Assembly: GCA_037305845.1 (NCBI GenBank) | Contig: CP147778.1 | Span: forward strand, 1,568,001-1,632,000 | From: Candidatus Freyarchaeum deiterrae | GTDB taxonomy: Archaea; Asgardarchaeota; Jordiarchaeia; Jordiarchaeales; Jordiarchaeaceae | DNA: 64,000 nt | Direction: 5' to 3' | Shown here: positions 22,649 to 32,450 of the stretch, piece after piece | How the letters are laid out: every line of letters begins with the position of its first letter | Numbering within the stretch: position 1 is the first letter of the stretch | Notes under the pieces: model-generated | What the model saw: the letters and a program-made list of their open reading frames with translations, nothing else | Database searches by the model: none | Told to the model about the DNA's origin: nothing | Translations under genes and position numbers: made by a program

Positions 22649-23560
22649 ATGGCATATAAAGCACTACATGCTGAAGCTTCTGAGGAGCTTTGGCTACCAG
22701 GAAGTTCCGCATGTCAAGGATGCGGGTCAACACTGGCTTTGAGATGGGTTCTAAAAGCTTTAGGAAAAAAAACCGTCGTGGTAGCACCCGCCTCCTGCGC
22801 GAACGTTTATGTCGGATGGTGGCCCCGTTCATCTGCGGGCGTGACATATTTCGACATGGCATTCGCCGCCGGCGGAGCCGCGGCTTCAGGAATTGCAGCA
22901 GCCCTAGACTATCTGAACAGGAAAGATATTACTGTATTAACATGGGCAGGCGACGGAGGATCGGTAGATATCGGGATTCAGGCGTTGAGCGGTGCCGCTG
23001 AGAGAGGTACTAATTTCATTTACATATGTTACGACAACGAAGCTTACATGAATACGGGAACTCAGAGAAGTGGCTCTACTCCACTAGGTGCTTGGACCAC
23101 TACGACGCCCTTCGGTAAAAAACAAAAAAAGAAGGACTTAGCCATGATCATGGCTGCTCACAATATTCCTTATGTTGCCACTGCAACGCCTAGCTATCCA
23201 AAGGACCTTTATGAAAAAGTGAAAAAGGCGAAGGATATAGAAGGCACTAAGTACATTCACATTCTGGCGCCTTGTCCTCCTGGCTGGCGGTTTGATACCG
23301 AGTTAATAGTGGATATTGGCAAATCAGCTGTAGAGACAGGTATGTGGGTTCTTTATGAGATTGAGAACGGCAAATTCAAATTGAGCTCTCCTAGTGAGCG
23401 ATTGTTAGATCCATCAAAAAGGAAACCAATTGAGGAATACATTAGACTTCAGGGTAGGTTCAAGGACATTAAGGACGAGGAAATCCAAGAACTCCAGCGT
23501 GGAGTTAATGAACAGTGGGAAAAGTATAAGAAAATGGAAGAAGGCTGCGGCACATTTTAA
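22649..23560 (+). CDS. porB: 2-oxoacid:ferredoxin oxidoreductase beta subunit
   Basis: ACQGCG, GDGG..DIG, DNEAYMNTG, PCPPGW. Confidence 0.93.
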   Translation: MAYKALHAEASEELWLPGSSACQGCGSTLALRWVLKALGKKTVVVAPASCANVYVGWWPRSSAGVTYFDMAFAAGGAAASGIAAALDYLNRKDITVLTWAGDGGSVDIGIQALSGAAERGTNFIYICYDNEAYMNTGTQRSGSTPLGAWTTTTPFGKKQKKKDLAMIMAAHNIPYVATATPSYPKDLYEKVKKAKDIEGTKYIHILAPCPPGWRFDTELIVDIGKSAVETGMWVLYEIENGKFKLSSPSERLLDPSKRKPIEEYIRLQGRFKDIKDEEIQELQRGVNEQWEKYKKMEEGCGTF

Positions 23561-23779
23561 AACAAGTAGTTATTTTTTAGAGCAGCCTCTAACTTTGCCA
23601 CCTTTTTTGAGGTATATTTATTAGTAACATATATTCCAAATTTTATTATCCCAAAATTAACGGAATAGGCGAATCTATCTGCCGAATCAAAATATTAACT
23701 TATCGTACTCTTTATAGGATGTTTTACTCCAAATAATTTGGAGGCTCCTATAGCAGTAGGGTACTTTCAGAGGTGTACT

Positions 23780-24055
23780 GTGTTGTCTGAGGAAAATACA
23801 ATTTTCATTGGAAGTAAAGGTGTTATGGCTTATGTTTTAGCCTGCGTTACGCAGTTAAACAAGGGCAATAAGGACATTGTGTTAAAAGCAAGAGGTAGAG
23901 CTATTAGTCGAGCTGTTGATGTTGCAGAAATTTTGCGAACCAGATTCGTAAGCGATCTCAAGGTAAAGGAAATTAAAATAAGCACAGAGCAAATCAAAGA
24001 GTCCGAGGGAGGCACCGCGAACGTTTCTGCTATAGAGATCAGTCTGGGCAAGTAA
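23780..24055 (+). CDS. albA: Alba chromatin protein
   Basis: [32 protein letters not shown]; start at GTG/TTG 23780-23783 after GAGGTG. Confidence 0.95.
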   Translation: MLSEENTIFIGSKGVMAYVLACVTQLNKGNKDIVLKARGRAISRAVDVAEILRTRFVSDLKVKEIKISTEQIKESEGGTANVSAIEISLGK

Positions 24056-24266
24056 AGAATTCAAATGCATTGACTAGGATTCAAGTATTTTTATTTCCAA
24101 CTGCTCTCATGATTGAATCAAGAGGTATATGGTCAGAGCAGCCAGTATAGAGATTTGAAAAAGTATAGGAAAACCTGCATGAAGAGCAGTTTTTTGTTTT
24201 CTTTTTTGTTAAGGAAGAAAAATCAAATAGGGAATTGTAGGTGCTGACTTTTCGTTTGTGGTCGGC

Positions 24267-25190
24267 TTAAGTTAAATTCTGTAATTTAATTAATTCTTCC
24301 CATTTTTTATCAACGTAGTCCTGCATCTCTTGTATTAATGATTCTTGACGTTTTGGCTTGAATAAGTGACTGAACTTACCCTGGTATTTTAGGTACTCTT
24401 CAACCGGCTTTTTCTTAACAATATCCTTCGTTATTTTGTACTTTCCGTTTTCAACCTCGTAAAGTGGCCAGTAACGGGTAAGTACAGCTTCTCTAGCTAT
24501 CTCTATTGTTAATTCTGATTCAGTTCTCCATCCTCTAGGACAGGGAGCCAAAATTATTATGAATGAGGGGCCTTCAACCGCAACCGCTTTACGAACTTTT
24601 TTTATCAAGTCTAAGGGGTAGGCCGGGTTCGCAGTAGCGGCGTAGGGGATGTCATGCGCAACCACAATTTTCATAATATCCTTCTGAAATCGAACTTTAC
24701 CTGGGGTTACTTTACCCGTAGGGCTGGTCGTTGTCCACCCAAACTTTGGTGTAGCACCGCTCTGTTGAATACCGGTGTTCATGTACGCTTCATTAGTATA
24801 ACAAATGTACGTAAAATTATGACCCCGCTCCAACGCACCAGACAAAGCCTGCAAACCGATATCATATGTGCCGCCGTCTCCAGCTATAGCGATTACACGA
24901 TTATTCGTCTTCGGAATTCTGCCTTTATGTTGTAGAACTTTAAGTCCCACTTCCACGCCGGATGCCGCCGCGGCGGTGCACTCGAAAGCGGTATGTATCC
25001 AAGGGACGCTCCATGCCGTGTAGGGGTAGGGCGTAGTTGCTACTTCAACGCAGCTTGTAGCGTTAACTATTATGGGGGGTTTTTCAAGAGCCGTGAATAC
25101 TTGTCTTAGTGTTATTGCAGCTCCACAACCCGAACACAATCTATGTCCTGGTGTAAAATATTCTTGTGTAGGTAAACTTTTTAGGGACAT
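24267..25190 (-). CDS. porB: 2-oxoacid (pyruvate):ferredoxin oxidoreductase beta subunit, second set
   Basis: GHRLCSGCG, GDGGTYDIG, NEAYMNTG, PCPRGW. Confidence 0.93.
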   Translation of the reverse strand: MSLKSLPTQEYFTPGHRLCSGCGAAITLRQVFTALEKPPIIVNATSCVEVATTPYPYTAWSVPWIHTAFECTAAAASGVEVGLKVLQHKGRIPKTNNRVIAIAGDGGTYDIGLQALSGALERGHNFTYICYTNEAYMNTGIQQSGATPKFGWTTTSPTGKVTPGKVRFQKDIMKIVVAHDIPYAATANPAYPLDLIKKVRKAVAVEGPSFIIILAPCPRGWRTESELTIEIAREAVLTRYWPLYEVENGKYKITKDIVKKKPVEEYLKYQGKFSHLFKPKRQESLIQEMQDYVDKKWEELIKLQNLT

Positions 25191-25195
25191 AGTTT

Positions 25196-26407
25196 TTACG
25201 CTCCATCATAAGTTACGTTTATACATCCTGGGCCTCTGCAGCCCACGATTTTGTAGTTCTCTTCAATCTTGTCTTTTTTGGCAACTTCGAGAAGTATTTC
25301 GGAAACTTTTTCGAAATGTTCGGTTCTTGTGTCTCTCCCGCCAAGGCCTGTGGGGAACCCCATAATATGGGGGCGGTCTTTGAGCTCATATAATGCGGAT
25401 CTTGCTTCCATACTCAGTGCGCCACCCATTGATCCGAAACTAATGTTTCGATCTATTACTCCAACAGCCTTTATGTTTTTGAGTGATTTTTGTAAGTCCT
25501 CGACTGGGAAGGGGCGGAATACTCGAAGTTTAAGGAGGCCTATCTTTTTCCCCTCTTTTCGCAGCTTATTAACTGCTTCTTGGGCGGTTCCTGCTAGTGA
25601 TCCTATGGTTAATAATGCGACTTCTGCGTCCTCCATTTTGTATTGAGAAATGACCTCGTAATTTGTGTCGAATCTGTTGTTGAAGTCGCTGAATACTTTT
25701 TTGATGACTTTTAGAGAGTTTTGTGTGGCTACTTCTTGTTGGACTTTGATTTCGGGGTAGTATTCGGGCCCGCCGACGCATCCAACTGTTACTGGGTTAT
25801 CTACATCTACTGAGGTATCTGCTTCTCGGAGGGGTAGAAAGTCGTCGATATCTTCTTGATCCAGAAGTTCTAAACCCTCTGTGGCGTGGCTTACGATGAA
25901 GCCGTCGTGGCAGGACATTACCGGTAGCAGGGTGCCTTTGTCTTCCGCTATTCTGTATGCCTGTATGATGGCGTGGTATGATTCTTGGGCGTTCTGGTTA
26001 TAGATTTGTATCCAGCCTGAGTCTCTCACTCCCATGGAGTCGCTCATGTCGTTCCAGATGCTCAGAGGGCTGTTCAATGCTCTGTTGGATACTCCCATAA
26101 CTATTGGTAGTCTAAAAGAAGAGGCGATAAACATCATCTCAAACATCAGAGCAATTCCTTGAGAGGCGGAGGCGGTGAATACTCTTGCTCCAGTCAGAGA
26201 GGCGCCTATACATGCTGCCATTGCTGAATGTTCGGATTCCGCGGATATAAGCTCGGCGTCGATTTCACCATTTGCATAATACTGAGCTAATTCTTCAACG
26301 ATCTGGGTTTGGGGAGTTATGGGGTACATGGCGATTACGTCCGGTCTGCATTGTTTTACCGAATGGGCTACAGCTTCATTTCCAGTTAATGCGGTTAGTT
26401 TTGCCAT
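25196..26407 (-). CDS. porA: 2-oxoacid (pyruvate):ferredoxin oxidoreductase alpha subunit, second set (no intron)
   Basis: GNEAVA, YPITPQT uninterrupted, ESEHSA. Confidence 0.94.
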   Translation of the reverse strand: MAKLTALTGNEAVAHSVKQCRPDVIAMYPITPQTQIVEELAQYYANGEIDAELISAESEHSAMAACIGASLTGARVFTASASQGIALMFEMMFIASSFRLPIVMGVSNRALNSPLSIWNDMSDSMGVRDSGWIQIYNQNAQESYHAIIQAYRIAEDKGTLLPVMSCHDGFIVSHATEGLELLDQEDIDDFLPLREADTSVDVDNPVTVGCVGGPEYYPEIKVQQEVATQNSLKVIKKVFSDFNNRFDTNYEVISQYKMEDAEVALLTIGSLAGTAQEAVNKLRKEGKKIGLLKLRVFRPFPVEDLQKSLKNIKAVGVIDRNISFGSMGGALSMEARSALYELKDRPHIMGFPTGLGGRDTRTEHFEKVSEILLEVAKKDKIEENYKIVGCRGPGCINVTYDGA

Positions 26408-26410
26408 TTT

Positions 26411-26701
26411 TTATTCTTCCTCCATTTCTATCGCTTTCACAGGGCATTCTTGGCAACATATTCCACAACCTTTGCAGTAAAAATAATTAATTTTGACCTT
26501 GTTTTCCTCTCTTTCTATGGCTCCTTCAGGGCAGTAAATCCAGCATAGTAGACAGTTGTTGCATTTGTTTTCTTTTAGTACAGGTTTTTTTCCTTCTCTC
26601 CAGTCGCCGGTTTTGTATTCTCTGGCATTACCTGACTCTGTGATGTACCCACCTTTGGGAATCTCGTTCCAAGATTTTAGTTTCTTTTCAGATTCGCTCA
26701 A
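26411..26701 (-). CDS. porD: 2-oxoacid:ferredoxin oxidoreductase delta subunit
   Basis: TGDWR, two 4Fe-4S motifs, YCKGCGIC. Confidence 0.93.
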   Translation of the reverse strand: MSESEKKLKSWNEIPKGGYITESGNAREYKTGDWREGKKPVLKENKCNNCLLCWIYCPEGAIEREENKVKINYFYCKGCGICCQECPVKAIEMEEE

Positions 26702-27255
26702 CCCATCTTTACCTCCTCATACGCCCTTTTTATCGCATTTATGTTTTTTTCCGCCAAGTCTTGTCTGAATCTTTCTTTGGTCACCTCAATGATGGTGTTC
26801 AAACTTACGATTCCTGTAGCTTTTGCTAAGGCTCCTAGGATGGAAGTATTGGTTATTGAATTGCCTAGGGTTTCCACTGCGATTTTTGTTGCGTTAATTG
26901 TTGCAACCTTGTTATTTACTTTCAACTCGGATTTTATTTGAGGGGGATTTTTATCGGTGTTAACGATTATGATTCCGTCTTTCTTCAGACCCTCTGTGAC
27001 TTTTTCAACTTTTAGTAGTGTGGGATCCAGTACAACAACGATATCAGGGTCGTAGATCTGCGATCTGTTAAGTATCGGCTCATCACTTACTTTGGTGAAT
27101 GCCTTTATTGGTGCCCCTTTTCTCTCTGCTCCAAAGCTCGGAAAACCTTGAGCCATTTTTCCTTCCTTTATAGCAGCTTCTGTAACCAGTCTACTTGCAG
27201 TGACTACTCCTTGTCCTCCTCTACCATGGAATCTAATTTTAATAACATCGCCCAA
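26698..27255 (-). CDS. porC: 2-oxoacid:ferredoxin oxidoreductase gamma subunit
   Basis: HGRGGQG, FGAERKGAP. Confidence 0.93.
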   Translation of the reverse strand: MGDVIKIRFHGRGGQGVVTASRLVTEAAIKEGKMAQGFPSFGAERKGAPIKAFTKVSDEPILNRSQIYDPDIVVVLDPTLLKVEKVTEGLKKDGIIIVNTDKNPPQIKSELKVNNKVATINATKIAVETLGNSITNTSILGALAKATGIVSLNTIIEVTKERFRQDLAEKNINAIKRAYEEVKMG

Positions 27256-27491
27256 AGGGTTTCCTCCAACTTTTTTAGAATAATTTTCTTTGGTGTTATT
27301 CCCCTATGATTGTTAACTTCGAAGAGGTCTTTTGTTTATAATGAATTCAGATTATCGGGGGTATTAAATCGTTATGCTAAAAATGTGGGTTATGCATAGA
27401 ACAGTTTACGCTCACTTTTTTTAAGTATTACGCTTTTCATCATCTTTTTGGAGCATCTACTAGTGCGATTTTTATTTATTTAAATACCTTT

Positions 27492-29336
27492 TTATAAAAC
27501 AAAGAGCAAAAATTGAAGTAGGATGTTCAGTAAAGCCGCTGAGACTAATATTAAAAGTGATTTCTTCGCGGTTGAAACAGATTTTAATATTTGAGAAGTC
27601 AGAATTTCCATCTGTTTTTCGCCAACGATTTTGATTTTCTCCACATTTTTTATACTGTAAGCTACTTTCACTGGCTGAACTTTTACCAGTGCTTCTTTTA
27701 CCATGTTTGTGATGGTTTTTATCAGTTTTTTATGGTCCCCAACCAACCCTACAGGGTTATACCCCCTGGGATTTAGAGATACAGCATTAACAATGTGGGT
27801 ATCGCTGGTCATTGCTTCCGCTTCATCAACGCCTGTTTTTTTAACTACTTCAAGTATTTCTTCCCTTAACCCAGGAATCATATTATTACCATCGATTATA
27901 ATGTACGCAGTTTTTTGCCCTTCAACTTCAACCACATAAACTGTGGTGCCTGTAGGCCCTATACCCTCCCATTTATCAGAATCGCTGGGGGCTGATTGAA
28001 CAGCGTAAACTTTGAATTTTGTGCTCATTTTGGATTTTGCCTGTTTAACCGCCATTTTCGCAGCGTAAATCATCTTTTTTGCAGTTTCGGTGTTTGATGA
28101 AACAGCGTCCACGGTTTCGCCGCCACAATTATGGGCATCGATTAGAAAGGCGTCCTTTATCCCTTCACTTAAAGCCGCCTCTCTTATCTTTTCTCCTAAA
28201 TCTGGAGTTATATCATCAAAACTCATGGGTGCTAATGTAGCTACCAGCAGAGCAAGATTCCCAAAAATTTGACAGCCCATTTTCACTTCATCTTTTTCAT
28301 ATCTAACAAATTGACTGGCTTCCGATACAAAACTAGTTTGCTCTAAAGAACTCTCAACTGTTCTTAAAACCTTTTCAATTTCTTTAGCCGCGACCAAATT
28401 TTGTCCGTGTGTTGAAGGGCCGTGTGCTACGGAAGCAACAGCCCCCGTTTTTTTCTCTATCTGCTTTGCCACAATATATGGCATTTCGCTACTTCCGACA
28501 GTTTTGAATGGGCCTGGATGAATGTTTGGAACCACCAATACCCCCCTCAAGGCCTCCAAATCTTTGAATAATAATGTAAGCACTGGGAGCGACGTGGTTT
28601 CTCCAATCTTTTCAAAATTTTCTTCCATCAAATCTGATTTGTTTTCTATCCAGTCTAAAAGAAAGCCGTAAAAAAATCTTAATCCTTTTACCCCTAAACC
28701 CTTGAGTATAGGCCTGTTCACCAACCAAAGGTATACTAGGGTAGCCACACCAAATACAGCTGAAGTAATTGCAAACATTATTGCAATCTGGACTATTTCA
28801 GGAATTGAATAAGAAGGAAACATTTCAAAAAGTAAAAATGCAACTACGCAAATCACAGGCTGTGAAAAAGCCGCCGCTAGCGGTCTAAGAATACTAAACT
28901 CGGTCATTACGTAGAGTACCAAGAGCCTTACCATGAATATAAAAGAGACCCCGAAAATAAACGCTACAGAAACTATGATAGAGATATTTGTGAACCGAAA
29001 TAGTATAGCCCCAATGAAATAAGCTATTCCTAAAAAGAGTACGCATATAAAGGATAATGCAGTTAACCTCCGACTATCCCAAACACTTCTATTACCCCTC
29101 ATTAGAGAAAGCGTTATTGGAATCGATAGAATGGTAGGAATAAATAGTATAGAAGCCCCTTCAATGATCCCCACTAGTACATTACTTTCAAGCGGCAGAG
29201 CAAGGTAAACAATAACCCTAGCAATAACTCCGATAATTAGGGATGTCACTAAAGAAAATATCAACAATTTTTTCATCGAAGGCAATTGAAATAGCCACTT
29301 ATATAATGAAGCAGTTTGTTCTATAGAAGTACTCAT
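27492..29336 (-). CDS. DUF2070-family membrane protein
   Basis: N-terminal TM helices; HPGPF, HGPSTH, DAHN, DGNNM, TSDTH. Confidence 0.85.
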   Translation of the reverse strand: MSTSIEQTASLYKWLFQLPSMKKLLIFSLVTSLIIGVIARVIVYLALPLESNVLVGIIEGASILFIPTILSIPITLSLMRGNRSVWDSRRLTALSFICVLFLGIAYFIGAILFRFTNISIIVSVAFIFGVSFIFMVRLLVLYVMTEFSILRPLAAAFSQPVICVVAFLLFEMFPSYSIPEIVQIAIMFAITSAVFGVATLVYLWLVNRPILKGLGVKGLRFFYGFLLDWIENKSDLMEENFEKIGETTSLPVLTLLFKDLEALRGVLVVPNIHPGPFKTVGSSEMPYIVAKQIEKKTGAVASVAHGPSTHGQNLVAAKEIEKVLRTVESSLEQTSFVSEASQFVRYEKDEVKMGCQIFGNLALLVATLAPMSFDDITPDLGEKIREAALSEGIKDAFLIDAHNCGGETVDAVSSNTETAKKMIYAAKMAVKQAKSKMSTKFKVYAVQSAPSDSDKWEGIGPTGTTVYVVEVEGQKTAYIIIDGNNMIPGLREEILEVVKKTGVDEAEAMTSDTHIVNAVSLNPRGYNPVGLVGDHKKLIKTITNMVKEALVKVQPVKVAYSIKNVEKIKIVGEKQMEILTSQILKSVSTAKKSLLILVSAALLNILLQFLLFVL

Positions 29337-29630
29337 AGACTACCCTTCCAAAGTTAATAATGAACGGGGGCGCAACCTTTTTTCTTTAGCCATTGAAGTC
29401 GGGGCATTATTAAATTTTGCCCAGACAATTCCTCTATATAAACAATGACCTCAATTGTTAGAAGTTCAAAAAGCTATGCACTCTAATAGTATAAAAGTTA
29501 ACTTTAGCCTCCTGCTCAAGAAGGTTTCAAAACTTTGAGGTAATTTTAATTAAATAGTTACTTTTATGAACCAAATTAGTTAAAAAAACATTAATTTACC
29601 AAGATGAAATATTAAATTGGAGGGATTTTA

Positions 29631-30059
29631 ATAGCCGGTTATCGTTTTCTGGGGCACACAGCAGATGTTAAAGTAGAAGCCTATGGTAAAACAATCAATG
29701 AAGCCTTTCAAGAAGCAGCCCTGGCGCTAACCGAAGTAATGACAGACACATCGAAAATACACCCAATAATAAAGCGAAAAATAGAAATTGAAGCCGAAGA
29801 TCCACAATCCTTACTCTACGAATGGCTAGAGGAATTCATTTATCTATTTGATTCCCAGGGACTAATTTTCTCAAAGTTTAACGTCGAAAACATCCAACAA
29901 ACAGAAGGAAAATTAAAACTAAACGGAGAAGCCGCCGGAGAAGAATACGATGAAGAGAAACACCCACAAAGAACCGCAATAAAAGCAGCAACATACCATG
30001 AAATGAAAATCAAACAATCCCCAAAAAAAACAATTTTAGAATTTGTATTGGACATTTAA
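29631..30059 (+). CDS. Archease (RtcB tRNA-ligase cofactor), apparent ATA start
   Basis: Frame extends upstream of the ORF-track ATG to IAGYRFLGHTADV (HTAD motif); C-terminal IKAATYH...VLDI; GGAGGG 6 nt before ATA; in-frame TAA at 29613. Confidence 0.88.
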   Translation: MAGYRFLGHTADVKVEAYGKTINEAFQEAALALTEVMTDTSKIHPIIKRKIEIEAEDPQSLLYEWLEEFIYLFDSQGLIFSKFNVENIQQTEGKLKLNGEAAGEEYDEEKHPQRTAIKAATYHEMKIKQSPKKTILEFVLDI

Positions 30060-30106
30060 TTTATGCCAAATCCATGCTTTTGAAACTCAAATTTACAAGA
30101 AAGATA

Positions 30107-30205
30107 TGGCGCAGGGAGAGGGATTCGAACCCCCGCATCCCTTACGGGATACTGGCTCTCAAGGCCTACGCTTGAAGGAGATTCCTCATTCAATCAGCGC
30201 CGTTT
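30107..30205 (-). repeat. att-like partial copy of tRNA-Ser(UGA): 3' ~99 nt including the 29/30 intron
   Basis: Direct repeat of 50246-50344 with 8 mismatches; lacks the 5' acceptor and D-stem strands. Confidence 0.9.
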
Positions 30206-30390
30206 CCAGACACCTTTCCAGTGGATCCATAAAGATAGGGTTACATGAGGGGGTGTTCTAAAACTCAATCCTCCGGAAGCCTAGTACCTTAGCTTCGTTT
30301 TCTTTTTTTGAAATTAATTTAAATATAAGTTTAAAAATTTTTTAAAAAACCTTAAATATCCCATAAACAAAATCTTTATACATTGAATGA

Positions 30391-31419
30391 GTGTCATTTG
30401 AGGGATATCCGTTGGGAAGGGATGATTCTGATTTTTTTGAACAGCGGAAAGATTATGAAGAACCAGAACCAGAAGAACAAGAACCACCAGAACTAGAACC
30501 AGAAGAACAAGTTCAAGAAGAACCAGAAGAACAAGTTCAAGAAGAACCAGAAGAACAAGTTCAAGAAGAACCACCAGAACTAGAAGAAGAGAAAGTAGAC
30601 CATTATGAGGAAGATGCTAGAGATAGAGTTATAGAGATTGTTACAAATTTCAAGGCAGTAACTGCAAGAGAATTACAAGTACGACTTGAAAAAGAATTCT
30701 TCCCTTGGGTGGTTGGAAGAGCAACCATCGCTTTGTGGCGTGGGAGAAAACTACGTAGGCATGGATATAGAGGACGCAGACGCATAGGTAATAATAGCGT
30801 TCCTAATGTGTATTATAGTCTGCCTGGTACTCCATATACTGAGATAAAGAATATCATCAAAAGAAAACGTGAGGTAAGTGCACTCATTAATAATGAGCTA
30901 ACTCATGGATCCCCTGCGGGTTATCATGCAGAGAATATTTTTTTGGAAGCCCTAACTAGCTCTCTAAGCTTCAAACTTCATGTTCGAGATGCATCTGAAT
31001 TTAGAGGGCGCTCTGTTAAAGGCGAAGAGGGGAAGGAACCTCCGAATCTTGATTTCATTGTTGAAAGAGACGGAGTAGTATATGGAGTTGACGTTAAAAA
31101 CTGGATAAAATATGACACTGACGCAAAAAAAGAAATCGAAAAAAAGGTTTCTGTTGCCTTGGCTTTAGGGGTTGTACCTTTTATCATAGCTAGGTACGTT
31201 GATAAACAAACCATTTTTAAGGACGTTATACAAATGGGGGGGATAATCTATATTTATGGTACTCTTTTTTTGCAACCTGATTTGTTAAGTCTTGCTGAGC
31301 AGGCTAGAACACTTTTAGGATATCCCGTACTAGCTGTGGATTCGTTACCTGACTATAAAATTTCATGGATTGAAAAGATTCACAACAGCTATATACGTCG
31401 TCTTAACGAAAAAAGTTAA
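30391..31419 (+). CDS. Hypothetical protein with acidic repeat N-terminus and PD-(D/E)xK nuclease-like C-terminus
   Basis: GYHAE...PNLDFIVERDGVVYGVDVKNW pattern. Confidence 0.6.
   Translation: MSFEGYPLGRDDSDFFEQRKDYEEPEPEEQEPPELEPEEQVQEEPEEQVQEEPEEQVQEEPPELEEEKVDHYEEDARDRVIEIVTNFKAVTARELQVRLEKEFFPWVVGRATIALWRGRKLRRHGYRGRRRIGNNSVPNVYYSLPGTPYTEIKNIIKRKREVSALINNELTHGSPAGYHAENIFLEALTSSLSFKLHVRDASEFRGRSVKGEEGKEPPNLDFIVERDGVVYGVDVKNWIKYDTDAKKEIEKKVSVALALGVVPFIIARYVDKQTIFKDVIQMGGIIYIYGTLFLQPDLLSLAEQARTLLGYPVLAVDSLPDYKISWIEKIHNSYIRRLNEKS
30496..30567 (+). repeat. Three perfect 24-nt tandem repeats (GAACCAGAAGAACAAGTTCAAGAA; EPEEQVQE)
   Basis: Read directly; flanked by a duplicated GAACCACCAGAACTAGAA. 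Confidence 0.9.
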
Positions 31420-31598
31420 TTTTTGCCTTTTTTAATCCCTTTTTTTATTTTTTCAAGATTTATAATCGCTTCTTTTTAAATTTAAAGTAATCTGCATCTT
31501 GTAACCCTATGAATACTCACATTCCTATGTTCAGTTTAATAGGAGGGTTTATGTTTTTTATTTATTTGGTAAATTCGCAGAATAAATACAAAACGCTT

Positions 31599-32438
31599 TT
31601 ACAACTGGGCGTTTTCAGTTCTTTTTTTGAATAACTCTTCATGTGCCTTTATTAATTGTAGCGCCTCCTTAGCAGCTTTTTGAAGCGCTTTGTCCTCACT
31701 CAATGACGCCTTTTTGAGGGCTTCTATTGCGGGTTCTCCTATCTTTGCAAGAGAACTTGCTACCATCGTTCGAACATATTCTTTTTCGTCTTTTAGTGTT
31801 TGGATGAGGGGTTTAATCGCTCTATTATCTCCTATAGCTCCAAGAGCCTGTGCTACGTCCTTTCGAAATTCCCAGTCTTCATTTTTTAGTTCTTGTATTA
31901 GTGGTTCCACCGCCCTCTCATCTCTTATGTATCCAAGAGACAGGGCTGCTCGCCTTCGAATTTCTATGGGGGTCTCTTCATTTTTTAGTGCTTGTATTAG
32001 TGGTTCTACAGCTCTCTCGTCCCCTATATCTCCGAGGCTTGCTATTGCTTCCTCTCGGATGTTTGCATCATTATAACCTAGTGCTTGTATTAGTGGTTCC
32101 ACAGCTCTCTCGTCCCCTATATCTCCGAGAGCGTCTGCTGCCCTAGTTCGAACTTCTTTGTCTTCATCCTCTTTTAGTGTCTTTATGAGTGGGGTCACCG
32201 CTCTTTTGTCTCCTATTTCTCCTAGGGCTGATGCGGCTTGTTCTCGGATGCCGCTGTGTTCGTTTTCCTCTAGAGCCCGTATTAGTGGTTCCACCGCTCT
32301 CTCATCTCCTATATCTCCTAGAAGTCTTGCTGCTTCCAAAGAATACCTATCGTTCTCTAGGAGTTTTATTAATCCTTCGATATCGCCGTATCTTGCCATA
32401 TTTTCTAAATCTGGCTTGTTTTGCTCAAATTCGTCCAT
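31599..32438 (-). CDS. HEAT (PBS-lyase-like) repeat protein
   Basis: About six repeats of R..AA.ALG.IGDERAVEPLI.AL. Confidence 0.92.
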   Translation of the reverse strand: MDEFEQNKPDLENMARYGDIEGLIKLLENDRYSLEAARLLGDIGDERAVEPLIRALEENEHSGIREQAASALGEIGDKRAVTPLIKTLKEDEDKEVRTRAADALGDIGDERAVEPLIQALGYNDANIREEAIASLGDIGDERAVEPLIQALKNEETPIEIRRRAALSLGYIRDERAVEPLIQELKNEDWEFRKDVAQALGAIGDNRAIKPLIQTLKDEKEYVRTMVASSLAKIGEPAIEALKKASLSEDKALQKAAKEALQLIKAHEELFKKRTENAQL

Positions 32439-32450
32439 CTCAACACCTGC

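Noticed and set aside
30043-30261. Short ORFs 30043-30261 and 50212-50400 with similar translations
   Set aside because: Antisense readings of the tRNA-Ser sequence and its repeat; no integrase motifs
30314-30574. Leu/Val-rich 86-aa ORF
   Set aside because: Antisense shadow of the GAA-rich repeat
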